This document shows positions 46,571 to 55,043 of a stretch of DNA of 64,000 nucleotides, in pieces (position 1 is the first letter of the stretch; every line of letters starts with the position of its first letter). The stretch spans positions 588-64,587 of the forward strand of contig JBBRPG010000001.1 in NCBI GenBank assembly GCA_038228485.1, written 5' to 3'. The translations under genes were made by a program, and so were the position numbers. The DNA comes from Alphaproteobacteria bacterium. Its GTDB lineage: Bacteria; Pseudomonadota; Alphaproteobacteria; ATCC43930; CGMCC-115725. Below the pieces are notes generated by a model. That model saw only the letters and a list, made by a program, of their open reading frames with translations, ran no database searches and was not told where the DNA came from.

Positions 46571-46719
46571 GTCATTCCGGGACGGCCCAAGGGGCCGGAC
46601 CCGGAACCCATGAACACGGGCTATTGCCAGACCAGCCGCGACGTTGGAACCACCTTGGGCAAGGTCCGCGTTCATGGGTTCCGGGTTCGCCGCGCTTACG
46701 CGGCGCCCCGGAATGACAG
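46571..46719. repeat. ~145-nt palindromic REP-like element (GTCATTCCGGGACGGCC...CCCCGGAATGAC), twin of 52040-52180
   Basis: Arms gtcattccgggacggcc..ggccggacccggaacccatgaacac and gttcatgggttccgggttcgccgc...cgccccggaatgac are nearly identical in both copies. The centres differ. Confidence 0.85.
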
Positions 46720-46729
46720 CACAGGGAAG

Positions 46730-47515
46730 CTACCGCTTTTCCTTCACCAGCGGGTTGCGTAGGATACCGATGCCCGTGATCTCGATCTCGCAGACATCCC
46801 CGTGCTTGAGGTTGCGCGGCGCACCCTCGGTGCCCATCCACACCACGTCGCCGGGGTAGAGCGTCAGGTATTGCGACATCCGGCTGATAAATTTGGCGAC
46901 GCCGTGGATCATGTGGTTGGTGCGGAATTTGTCGGTCACCTCGTCGTTGACGCGCACGATCGTCGTCGCCGCGTCCAGATCGAAATCGGTCTCGATCCAC
47001 GGCCCCATCGGCTTGAACGTGTCGGTGTTCTTGGCGCGCCACAGGGTGCGGTCGCCGCGCTGCCAGGTGCGCTCGCTCATGTCGTTGCCGATGGTCCAGC
47101 CGAGGACGCAGGACAGCGCCTCGCTCTCGGACAGGTGCTTGGCCTTGGTGCCGATGACCGCGACCAGCTCGGCCTCGTATTGCACCAGCTCGCCGGCGTC
47201 GTGCGGGATGACGATGTTCTCGTTGTGCGCGATCAGCGCGTTGTTGGCGCGGTAGCCGATATCGGCGTTGGGCGGGATGTTCGGTTCCTCGCCGCGCTTT
47301 TTTGCCATTTCGGTGACGTGCTCGGCGTAGTTGAGCCCGGCGGCGTAGAAGGTCTTGGGGATCACCGGCACCAGATACTTCACGTCGTGGAGCTTGTGCC
47401 GAGTGGAGGTCATCTGATAGCCGGCGAACGGGTCGCCGTTGACCGCGACAACCTCGTCGCCCTCGATGATACCGTAGGATTCCTGCCCGTTCGCCTCATA
47501 GCGGAGCCAACGCAT
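46730..47515 (-). CDS. Fumarylacetoacetate hydrolase (FAH) family protein
   Basis: 261 aa. YEAELVAVIG, NDMSERTWQ and PGDVVWMGT are typical FAH-family motifs. Confidence 0.8.
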   Translation of the reverse strand: MRWLRYEANGQESYGIIEGDEVVAVNGDPFAGYQMTSTRHKLHDVKYLVPVIPKTFYAAGLNYAEHVTEMAKKRGEEPNIPPNADIGYRANNALIAHNENIVIPHDAGELVQYEAELVAVIGTKAKHLSESEALSCVLGWTIGNDMSERTWQRGDRTLWRAKNTDTFKPMGPWIETDFDLDAATTIVRVNDEVTDKFRTNHMIHGVAKFISRMSQYLTLYPGDVVWMGTEGAPRNLKHGDVCEIEITGIGILRNPLVKEKR

Positions 47516-47583
47516 CGTTTCTCTCCCTCGACCAAGCGTCTTTGCGCGACTATAGCCTACCCAGACACAGCGGCAACGCCGCC

Positions 47584-47630
47584 GCCTGTTTCACCTGTTT
47601 CTCCTGTTACGTGCTCAATTTAACAGGTGG
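47584..47630. repeat. Compact array of CCTGTT(T/A)C motifs (three direct, one inverted)
   Basis: GCCTGTTTCA, ACCTGTTTCT and TCCTGTTACG with a 9-nt period, then TAACAGGTGG. Shares TCACCTGTTTCTCC and CCTGTTACG..GGTGGGC with the complement of 20452-20490. Confidence 0.7.
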
Positions 47631-47714
47631 GCCATTCTCTCTACGGCGTAGTCCCCGATTGATGGCATATGATTTGGGCGAAATTAGCGTCGCTCAGCAC
47701 GACGGAGGATCGCC

Positions 47715-48479
47715 ATGCCCACGATCGACCGCGACGGGGTCGAGATTTTCTACGAAGCTCACGGAAGCGGACCGGCGGTGCTGCTGTCGCACGGCTACGG
47801 TGCGACCAGCCGGATGTGGGATGGACAGGTCGGCGCCTTTGCCGACCGCTACCGCATCATCACCTGGGACATGCGCGGGCACGGCAAGTCGGGCGATCCA
47901 GCCGATGCCGCCGCCTATTCGCACACGCTGACGGTCGGCGACATGGCGGCGGTGCTCGACGCCTGCGGGGTCGAACAGGCCGTGATCTGCGGGCTGTCGC
48001 TGGGCGGGGTGATGTCGCTGGGCTTTCACATCGCACATCCCGAACGGGTACGAGCGCTGGTGCTGTGCGACACCGGCCCCGGCTTTCGCAATCCCGATGC
48101 CCGCGCGGCGTGGAACGAGCGCGCCTTGGCGCGAGCCGACGAACTCGAAGAAAGGGGGCTGGGCGCGGCCCGCGGCGGCGGCGAGACCAGGCTCGGCACG
48201 CACCGTTCGGCACGCGGCCTCGCCGGCGCGGCGCGCGGCATGCTGGCGCAATTCGACGACAGCCTGATCCAATCGCTGCCGACGATAACGGTGCCGACCC
48301 TGGTGCTGGTCGGCTCCGAGGACAAGAATTTCCTCGGCGCCGCCGATTACATGGCGGGCAAGATCGCCGGCGCGCAAAAGGCAGTCATCCCCGGCGCCGG
48401 CCACGCCGCCAACCTCGACCAACCGGCGGCGGTCAACCAGGCGCTCGGCGACTTCCTGGCGGGGCTGCCGACAACGTAG
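47715..48479 (+). CDS. Alpha/beta-fold hydrolase (3-oxoadipate enol-lactonase-like)
   Basis: RBS GGAGGA. HGYG, nucleophile elbow GLSLGG, and a C-terminal GAGHAANLD. Confidence 0.8.
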   Translation: MPTIDRDGVEIFYEAHGSGPAVLLSHGYGATSRMWDGQVGAFADRYRIITWDMRGHGKSGDPADAAAYSHTLTVGDMAAVLDACGVEQAVICGLSLGGVMSLGFHIAHPERVRALVLCDTGPGFRNPDARAAWNERALARADELEERGLGAARGGGETRLGTHRSARGLAGAARGMLAQFDDSLIQSLPTITVPTLVLVGSEDKNFLGAADYMAGKIAGAQKAVIPGAGHAANLDQPAAVNQALGDFLAGLPTT

Positions 48480-48723
48480 AGCGGAAAAACGTAGCGCCTT
48501 CCGCCAACAGGTCGGAATACGCCTCGCTCTTCCGTCCTAACTGCATCGCCCACGCTTCATGCGGCAGCGCTTCTGCCCTTTCTCACTGCGAATCTCGGGC
48601 GATTTCATTCTCTTACGCGACAAATTGGCGCAGCCTTGACGAAGACGCTAGCGTCCTCTCGCGCCAAAACGGACGGCCCGCCACAGAGCGAGCTGCCACT
48701 GACGGACGGGAAGGGGAACGCAG

Positions 48724-50106
48724 ATGGGACATCATCTCAGCCGGCGCGCCGTGCTGCGCGGATCATTGGGGCTGGTGGCGGCCGGAAGCTTGGCGCGCCC
48801 CTATATCGCTAAGGCCGAAGCGAAAACCGCAACCGTGTGGTGGACCCAGGGCTTTGTCCCCGAAGAAGACGCCGCGATCAAAAAGGTCATCGAGGGGTAC
48901 GAAAAACTCAGCGGCAACAAGATCGACTACAGCATCATTCCGTTCGCGCCGCAGCGCCAGAAGATCATCTCGGCGATCACCAGCGGCGTCGTGCCGGACC
49001 TGACCACCGTCACTCCGACCGAGGCCGCCGCGCTGCAGGCGTGGAGCGGCAATTTGGTCGATGTCAGCGACGTGGTCGAGACCCAGAAGGCGAAGATGAG
49101 CCCGGCGATCCTCGCCAACGCCTTTTGCTACAACAATGTCGAGAAACGGCGCGCCTATTATGCGGTGCCGCATTCGCTCGCGGTGAACCCGTTCCACATC
49201 TGGCGGACGCTGGTCGAAAAGGCGGGCTATAAGGAGGCGGACATCCCGACGACTTGGGACCCGTTCATCGACTTCTTCAAGCCGGTGCAGAAAAAGCTCC
49301 AAGAAATGGGCATGCGGCACACCTACGCCACCGGCTTTGTCGTCAGCACAATCGGCAACGACCCGAACGCCACGTTCGCGCAGTTCCTGGTCGCTTATGG
49401 CGGGCTGAACATCGTCACCCCCGACGGCAAGCTCCACGCCGACGACCCGCAGGTACAGGAAGCCGTGGTGAAGGCGCTGGAGAAGCTCACTGGCCTCTAC
49501 AAGGAGGGCTTCATCCCGCCCAGCTCGATTAACTGGAACGACGCCGACGACAACAACGCGTTCCACTCCAAGCTTTGCGTGATGGACTTCGACGGCACCT
49601 TGTCGACCGAACTGGCAATGCTCGGCAAGCAGAAGGACGAATACAACGACGTTATCACCATGCCGCCGCCGCTCGACAATAGCGGCAAGAAGATGGTGTC
49701 GCAGGTCGGCGGCGGCGCCAGCATGATCCCCAAGGGCGCCAAGAACATCGCGGTCGCGAAGGAGTTTCAGACCTATTTGATCCAGCCGGAGATCAACCGC
49801 GAGTTCCTCAAGGGCGGGCTCGGCCGTTTCCTCCCGGTGATGCCGGAGCTGGCCAACAACGACCCGTGGTGGACCGACCCAAAGCGCGATCCGCACGTGC
49901 CGCCTTATGTTCAGCAAGGCCTCGTCGACCCGACAAAGCCGGATTACTTCGCCTACAACCCGGCCTGGGCGCAGGTACGCGCCGAGCACCCGTTCAATAT
50001 CGCATTCCACGACATCGTCGCCGACAAGGTTCCGGTGCAGGAGGCTACGGCAAAGGCGCTGAGGCGGGTCGAGGATATCTTCGCGAAGTACCAGATCGGG
50101 GCGTGA
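48724..50106 (+). CDS. ABC transporter extracellular solute-binding protein (family 1, sugar-type), Tat-like signal
   Basis: MGHHLSRRAVLRGSLGLVAAGSLARPYIAKA twin-arginine-like leader. 460-aa size and composition are typical. No permease or ATPase genes are adjacent. Confidence 0.75.
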   Translation: MGHHLSRRAVLRGSLGLVAAGSLARPYIAKAEAKTATVWWTQGFVPEEDAAIKKVIEGYEKLSGNKIDYSIIPFAPQRQKIISAITSGVVPDLTTVTPTEAAALQAWSGNLVDVSDVVETQKAKMSPAILANAFCYNNVEKRRAYYAVPHSLAVNPFHIWRTLVEKAGYKEADIPTTWDPFIDFFKPVQKKLQEMGMRHTYATGFVVSTIGNDPNATFAQFLVAYGGLNIVTPDGKLHADDPQVQEAVVKALEKLTGLYKEGFIPPSSINWNDADDNNAFHSKLCVMDFDGTLSTELAMLGKQKDEYNDVITMPPPLDNSGKKMVSQVGGGASMIPKGAKNIAVAKEFQTYLIQPEINREFLKGGLGRFLPVMPELANNDPWWTDPKRDPHVPPYVQQGLVDPTKPDYFAYNPAWAQVRAEHPFNIAFHDIVADKVPVQEATAKALRRVEDIFAKYQIGA

Positions 50107-50114
50107 TTCCGGTC

Positions 50115-50205
50115 GTCATTGCGAGCGAAGCGAAGCAATCTCCTGCCGCCTTGGCCCTAGACGGAGGGAGATTGCCGCGTCGCGTCACGCCCCTCGCAAT
50201 GACGA
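50115..50205. repeat. Intergenic palindromic REP-like element (GTCATTGCGAG...CGCAATGAC family)
   Basis: gtcattgcgagcgaagcgaagcaatctcc ... ggagattgccgcg...cctcgcaatgacg. Confidence 0.8.
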
Positions 50206-50209
50206 GAAG

Positions 50210-50734
50210 CTACTCCTGCGCGTAGCGCCAGGGCTTGGCGGGCTGCTGGGCGGTCTCGTCGATGGTCCATTGCGGCAGCGCGATGCCGGCGGAGACGTCG
50301 CTGAACACCATGCGCACGCGGGTGCCGACGCCGACGCTCTTCACCATATCGGGCGGGGCCAACTGCCCGTCAGAGGTGCAAAGGTTGCCGATCACCCGCA
50401 GCGCTTCATCCTTGGTCGGCTCGCCCTTTTGCGTGTCGAGGTCGACCAGCAGCACCATGTACGGCGTCTTGCCGCGAAAGGCCGGCTGAATCGCGTGGTG
50501 TACCTCGGTGTAGGAATGCACCGCGCCCTTGCCTTCGACCTTTTTCCAGGTCGACTCGCGGGACATGCACCACGGACACGCGGTGGTCGGCGGGTAGCGC
50601 AGCCGGCTGCACTCGTTGCAGGCCTGCAGGTGAAAATCGTGCGCGGCGCAGTGCTGGAAGTAGGCGACGTTCTCGACGTCGAGATCGTCGATCCGCAAGC
50701 CCATGCCCATGTAGTCGCCGTCAATGGTCGCCAT
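50210..50734 (-). CDS. DUF35 OB-fold/zinc-ribbon protein (thiolase partner)
   Basis: Start at MATIDG (ATG at 50734). Zn-ribbon CNECSRLRYPPTTACPWC, followed by an OB-fold region. Confidence 0.8.
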   Translation of the reverse strand: MATIDGDYMGMGLRIDDLDVENVAYFQHCAAHDFHLQACNECSRLRYPPTTACPWCMSRESTWKKVEGKGAVHSYTEVHHAIQPAFRGKTPYMVLLVDLDTQKGEPTKDEALRVIGNLCTSDGQLAPPDMVKSVGVGTRVRMVFSDVSAGIALPQWTIDETAQQPAKPWRYAQE

Positions 50735-50748
50735 GTTCGTGTTCCTCC

Positions 50749-52011
50749 CTACCAACCCTTGCGCATGACCATCGACGACGCGGTCGCCGGATTGGCCCAG
50801 CCGAGATTGGCGCTGACCTCCACATCCTTCACTTGCCGGCAGCCGCCTTCCTTGTAGTCGAAGGTGTGCTGGCGCTTGCCGTTGGAACCCATCAGGCATG
50901 AGTCATCCGCGTCATGGCGCAGCTGCCTTGTGTTCTCGATCACCATGTTCATGCCGTGGGTGTAGCCCTCGCAGAGATGGCCGCCGCTGGTGTTGTTCGG
51001 CCGCTTGCCGCCCAAGGTGATGGTGCCGTCCGACACGTAATTGCCGCCCTCGCCCTTCTTGCAGAAGCCGTAATCCTCGAGCTGCAGCATGGTGGTGAAG
51101 GTGAAGGCGTCGTAGGAGCCGGTGATGTCGACATCCTCCGGCCCCACACCGGCGTTCGGCCACAAGATGTCCTTGGCGTAATGCCCGGCGACGGTGGAGA
51201 TCGGCCCGTGCTGGTAGTGCATGTCGAGCCGCGGCTTCGAGCACCGGCCGACGACGCCGCGGATCTGCACCAGCGGCTGCTTCATGTCCTTGGCGCGTTC
51301 GGCGGTGGTGACGATGACGCAGGTGGCGTTGTCGGTCTCGACGCAGCAATCCAAGAGGTGCAGCGGCTTGCAGATAAAGCGGCTGTTGATCACGTCCTCG
51401 ACCGTAAAGCGTTTCTTGTAATAGGCCTTGGGGTTGTTCGAGGCGTGGCGCGAGTGAAACATCTTCACATGCGCGACCTGTTCGGGCGTCGTGCCGTAAT
51501 CGTACATGTGGCGCATGAAGGTGGGCGCAAAGCTCTGCCCGGCGCTCTGCCAGCCATAGGCGCGGTTGTGCAGCATGTCGCCCGCGACCGGCGCCGCCGA
51601 GCGCGCGCCGGTGCCGCCGATGCGCACTTGGCTAAAGCCGTTCATCGAACGGAAGATCGCGACGGTCTTGCACAACCCCGCTTCGATGATGCCGATGGCG
51701 ATGCCGACCAGCGCCTCGGTCGACGAGCCGCCGCCGACCACGTCCATGTAGAAATTGAGCCGGCAGCCCAAGTCGCCGGCGATGAACGTCGCCGAGGTCG
51801 AGTCGCCGCCCGAATAGTCGAGCATGCCGTCGATGTCGCTGGCCTTGAGCCCGGCATCGAGGATCGCGTTGCGCACCGCCCAGGTGCCAAGCGCCCGGGT
51901 CGTCATCCCCGAACCGCGGGTGTAGGTGGTCTCGCCGACCCCGACGATCGCGTATTTGTCGCGCAGATATTTCGGCGTGGTCGCGTCGACCTCTTGGCGT
52001 GGCAATGGCAT
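50749..52011 (-). CDS. Thiolase-like protein (SCP-x/lipid-transfer type)
   Basis: ATG at 52011 behind AAGGGAGAG. YAIVGVGETTYTRGSG and the C-terminal GGHLCEGYTHGMN are typical of non-specific lipid-transfer thiolases. The longer track start lies inside a REP element. Confidence 0.8.
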   Translation of the reverse strand: MPLPRQEVDATTPKYLRDKYAIVGVGETTYTRGSGMTTRALGTWAVRNAILDAGLKASDIDGMLDYSGGDSTSATFIAGDLGCRLNFYMDVVGGGSSTEALVGIAIGIIEAGLCKTVAIFRSMNGFSQVRIGGTGARSAAPVAGDMLHNRAYGWQSAGQSFAPTFMRHMYDYGTTPEQVAHVKMFHSRHASNNPKAYYKKRFTVEDVINSRFICKPLHLLDCCVETDNATCVIVTTAERAKDMKQPLVQIRGVVGRCSKPRLDMHYQHGPISTVAGHYAKDILWPNAGVGPEDVDITGSYDAFTFTTMLQLEDYGFCKKGEGGNYVSDGTITLGGKRPNNTSGGHLCEGYTHGMNMVIENTRQLRHDADDSCLMGSNGKRQHTFDYKEGGCRQVKDVEVSANLGWANPATASSMVMRKGW

Positions 52012-52039
52012 ACGCTTCTCTCCCTTTCCGATAACGGAT

Positions 52040-52180
52040 GTCATTCCGGGACGGCCAGTAAGGGCCGGACCCGGAACCTATGAACACGGGCCTAGAAATC
52101 GAGGCTACGGCGTTGCGTGCTCCCGCGATTCGGTGTTCATGGGTTCCGGGTTCGCCGCTGCGCGCCGCCCCGGAATGACA
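52040..52180. repeat. ~140-nt palindromic REP-like element, twin of 46571-46719
   Basis: gtcattccgggacggccagtaagggccggacccggaacctatgaacac ... gtgttcatgggttccgggttcgccgctgcgcgccgccccggaatgac. Confidence 0.85.
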
Positions 52181-52189
52181 GCAAAGAAC

Positions 52190-53236
52190 TCAATACAGCC
52201 GGTAGAATTTCAGCGCGGTGTTGTGGAACATCGCGTTCTTCTCGTCATTCGAATAGGGCTCGGAGACGCGCTTGAACGCATTCCACAGATTGGAATAGCT
52301 GCACATCCCCTTGTCGACCGGGAAGTTGCTTTCGAACATCGCGCGGTCGGGGCCGAACGCTTCGATGCAGGTGTTGAGGTAGGGGGCCCAGGCTTTCGCC
52401 AGCTGCTCCGACGACGGCGCCGAATCCTGGCGGCCCATCTCGAACCCCATCAGCGACGGCATGCCAAGCCCGCCGAGCTTGATGTAGAGGTTGGGGAATT
52501 GTCCCAACTTCATCATCTGGGTGCGCCACTCGGCAAAGACTTCCTCGCGCTTGTCGGCAAAGGGGCCGACCGCCAGCGCGCCACCGATATGGTTGAGCAC
52601 GATCTTGGTCTCGGGAAAGGCACAGCAGAGGCTGATCAAGTCGCCGAGCTGCGAATGGAACATCCACGCTTCAAAGGTAAGGTTGAGCGGCGCCAGCGCG
52701 GCGAAACCTTCGCGGAAGCTGCGGTCGACATAGAGGCCTTCGCCCGAGCCGGAAGTAAACACGCGCAGGCTCGGGTCGCTGTGCCAGGTCGCGCCGTTGC
52801 GGATGCCGCGAAAACGCCCGCCCGAGGCGCCGATGTGTTGCTCCAGGATACCTCTGGCGCGGCCGCCGACGGCACGCAGATCGACATTGCCGACGATCCC
52901 GGCGCAAGCCTTGGTCGGCCCGTATTTGCCGCTTTCGCTCATCGCCGACACACCCGCGACAAAGGTGGTCTCGCCGAGCGAGCGAGTCTCCGGCGGCCCG
53001 TCAGCGCGGTACATTTCGCGGCATTCGAGGAACACGGTGGCGCGGATGTTGTGGCCGCTCGACACGTCCTCGACCAGATCGTGCAGCAGGTAGCGGTTGC
53101 CCGGCCGGTCCCACAAATGGTGGTGCGGGTCGATGATCGGCCGGTCGGGTTCGAGCGCTGCCTCCTGCGTCGCGGCGAGCCAATCCTTGCGGATCGGCAG
53201 ATGGCGGGCGGATGGCGCGTCGTTGGTCGACTGCAT
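52190..53236 (-). CDS. Amidohydrolase_2 family protein (ACMSD/LigW-like decarboxylase or hydrolase)
   Basis: Start at MQSTND (ATG at 53236). IIDPHHHLWD, VLNHIGG and ESNFPVDK are landmarks of the family. Confidence 0.8.
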   Translation of the reverse strand: MQSTNDAPSARHLPIRKDWLAATQEAALEPDRPIIDPHHHLWDRPGNRYLLHDLVEDVSSGHNIRATVFLECREMYRADGPPETRSLGETTFVAGVSAMSESGKYGPTKACAGIVGNVDLRAVGGRARGILEQHIGASGGRFRGIRNGATWHSDPSLRVFTSGSGEGLYVDRSFREGFAALAPLNLTFEAWMFHSQLGDLISLCCAFPETKIVLNHIGGALAVGPFADKREEVFAEWRTQMMKLGQFPNLYIKLGGLGMPSLMGFEMGRQDSAPSSEQLAKAWAPYLNTCIEAFGPDRAMFESNFPVDKGMCSYSNLWNAFKRVSEPYSNDEKNAMFHNTALKFYRLY

Positions 53237-53335
53237 TTCTGGGTTCCTCCCGGGGCCGAAGGTTTGCTCAAGTCTGCGTCGGCGTGGCGACAATGGCTAC
53301 CGTTTTCGCCGCAAGCCCGCAATGTGGCGATTGAT

Positions 53336-53357
53336 TGTAAGGCACTTTCGCCTTACA
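53336..53357. promoter_or_regulatory. Inverted repeat upstream of vapB, candidate autoregulatory operator
   Basis: TGTAAGGC-N6-GCCTTACA perfect 8-bp arms, ending 26 nt upstream of the vapB ATG. Confidence 0.4.
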
Positions 53358-53382
53358 TCGTTTGAGACGGAAGGAGTCGGGG

Positions 53383-53637
53383 ATGACCACGACGCTGACA
53401 GTGACAACAAAGGGACAGGTCACATTGCGCAAGGATGTGCTCAAGCATCTCGGCGTCGAGCCGGGCAGCAAGGTCGAGGTCAATCTGCTGCCCAATGGCC
53501 GGGCCGAGCTGCGTGCCGCCAAGAAGACCGGGTCGATCGAGGATTTCTTCGGCTCGCTCTATCGGCCTGGCACCAAAGCGCTGACGATTGAAGAAATAAA
53601 CGAAGCGATCGAGAAGGGCTGGGCTGGCGAGCCTTGA
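53383..53637 (+). CDS. vapB: AbrB/MazE/SpoVT-family antitoxin
   Basis: ATG at 53383 behind GGAG. MTTTLTVTTKGQVTLRKDVLKHLGVEPGSKVEV is a swapped-hairpin (AbrB-like) motif. The stop overlaps the vapC start. Confidence 0.8.
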   Translation: MTTTLTVTTKGQVTLRKDVLKHLGVEPGSKVEVNLLPNGRAELRAAKKTGSIEDFFGSLYRPGTKALTIEEINEAIEKGWAGEP

Positions 53638-54101
53638 GGATTACGGCAGACACCAACATCGTCGTCCGCCTTGCGGTGGAGGACGACCCTGAACAGACGA
53701 GGCGCGCGATCGAGCTGTTTCAAGAGGCGGAATTCATCGCCATTCCTTTGCCGGTGCTTTGCGAATTCGTTTGGGTGACGACCAGGCTTTACCATCGTCG
53801 CCCCAGCGCGATCGGCGACGCTATCAGGCGTCTCATCGCCAGTCCCGTCGTTTCGGTCGACCATCCGGCCGTCGAAGCCGGCCTCGCAATGCTCGACGCG
53901 GGTGGGGACTTCGCCGATGGGGTCATCGCATTCGCCGGCCGGCAAATGGGCGGCGTGGTGTTCGCCAGCTTCGACCGCCGGGCGGTCGAACTGGTAAGGC
54001 TGCCGGCGGCGAGGCGCAGCTGCTCGCCGCCCCGAACAAGCCTGGCTGACTTTACGCCTTGGCCAGAACCCGCTCGCGGAACGAGCGCATCTCGGCGCTG
54101 A
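53634..54101 (+). CDS. vapC: PIN-domain ribonuclease toxin; the C-terminus is probably altered by a 1-nt frameshift (native stop likely at 54049)
   Basis: MRITADTNIVVR (first acidic residue), ...CEFVWV..., GDFADGVI, SFDRRAVELV. The alternative frame after 53996 reads KAAGGEAQLLAAPNKPG*, which matches my recollection of how PIN toxins of this type end (..G....LL). Confidence 0.75.
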   Translation: MRITADTNIVVRLAVEDDPEQTRRAIELFQEAEFIAIPLPVLCEFVWVTTRLYHRRPSAIGDAIRRLIASPVVSVDHPAVEAGLAMLDAGGDFADGVIAFAGRQMGGVVFASFDRRAVELVRLPAARRSCSPPRTSLADFTPWPEPARGTSASRR

Positions 54102-55005
54102 CCGCCGCTTCCTGCGGGCGCTCGAAATCGAAGTCGATCGCGGTGACGCCAAGGTCCTGCAGCGCGTGGATGTCGCCGACGATGTCCGCATCACTGCCCG
54201 AGAACAGGCGACGTTCGCCGTCGGAGGCGCGGTCGGGCAAGTCCTCGCCGTAGCGCTTGACCCGGTAGGTCAGCGCGACCGCACCTGTGTCGCGCCCAGC
54301 CGCCGCGGTCAGCTGACGCAGCCGGGCGACCCCGGCCTGGTAACGCGGCAGGCTGTCGAGCAGGTGCGCATTGTTGGTGCCGATCGGATACCAGGCGTCG
54401 CCAAGTTTCGCGGCGCGGCGCAGCGACGGACCGCTCTCGCCGCCCACCCAGATCGGCGGGTGCGGCTTTTGCGTTGGCTTCGGCTCCAGCAACAAGCGGT
54501 CGTAATGCACGTATTTGCCGGCGATCGCCGGCTTCTTCTCGGTCCACAGCGTCTTGAAGGCAGCGACGTATTCGTCGGTGACAGCGCCGCGCTCGGCGAA
54601 GGGGGTCGTCACCACCGCGTCGAACTCGGCCTTGAGCCAGCCGGCACCGATGCCGACGGTCAGCCGCCCGCCCGACAACACGTCGATGGTCGACAGCATC
54701 TTCGCCGCCAGCACCGCCGGCCGATGCGGCACCACCAGCACCGCCAGCACCAGGCGCAGCCGCTTGGTGATGCCGGCGAGGTAGGCGGCGAGGGTCAGCA
54801 TCTCGTGCCGATGGGCGCTGTCGGTCGAGTAGAACGACCCGGTCTCGGAATAGGGATAGCCCGGCTCGGCCATATCGGGGAGGGTCACATGGTCGGTAAC
54901 CGTCAGGTAGTCGTAGCCGAGCGCTTCGCCCTCGGCGGCGAGCCGGCACATGATCTCGGGATCGGCAAGCGCGCCGCTGTTCGGCAGGTTGAAACCGAAT
55001 TGCAT
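54052..55005 (-). CDS. Luciferase-like (LLM-class) flavin/F420-dependent oxidoreductase
   Basis: ATG at 55005 behind GGGGAGGA, giving MQFGFNLPNSG. SGGRLTVGIGAGW, PPIWVGGES. Confidence 0.8.
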   Translation of the reverse strand: MQFGFNLPNSGALADPEIMCRLAAEGEALGYDYLTVTDHVTLPDMAEPGYPYSETGSFYSTDSAHRHEMLTLAAYLAGITKRLRLVLAVLVVPHRPAVLAAKMLSTIDVLSGGRLTVGIGAGWLKAEFDAVVTTPFAERGAVTDEYVAAFKTLWTEKKPAIAGKYVHYDRLLLEPKPTQKPHPPIWVGGESGPSLRRAAKLGDAWYPIGTNNAHLLDSLPRYQAGVARLRQLTAAAGRDTGAVALTYRVKRYGEDLPDRASDGERRLFSGSDADIVGDIHALQDLGVTAIDFDFERPQEAAVSAEMRSFRERVLAKA

Positions 55006-55043
55006 GATGTCCTCCCCCATTTCGTCCGCGCGCGGCCCCGTCG

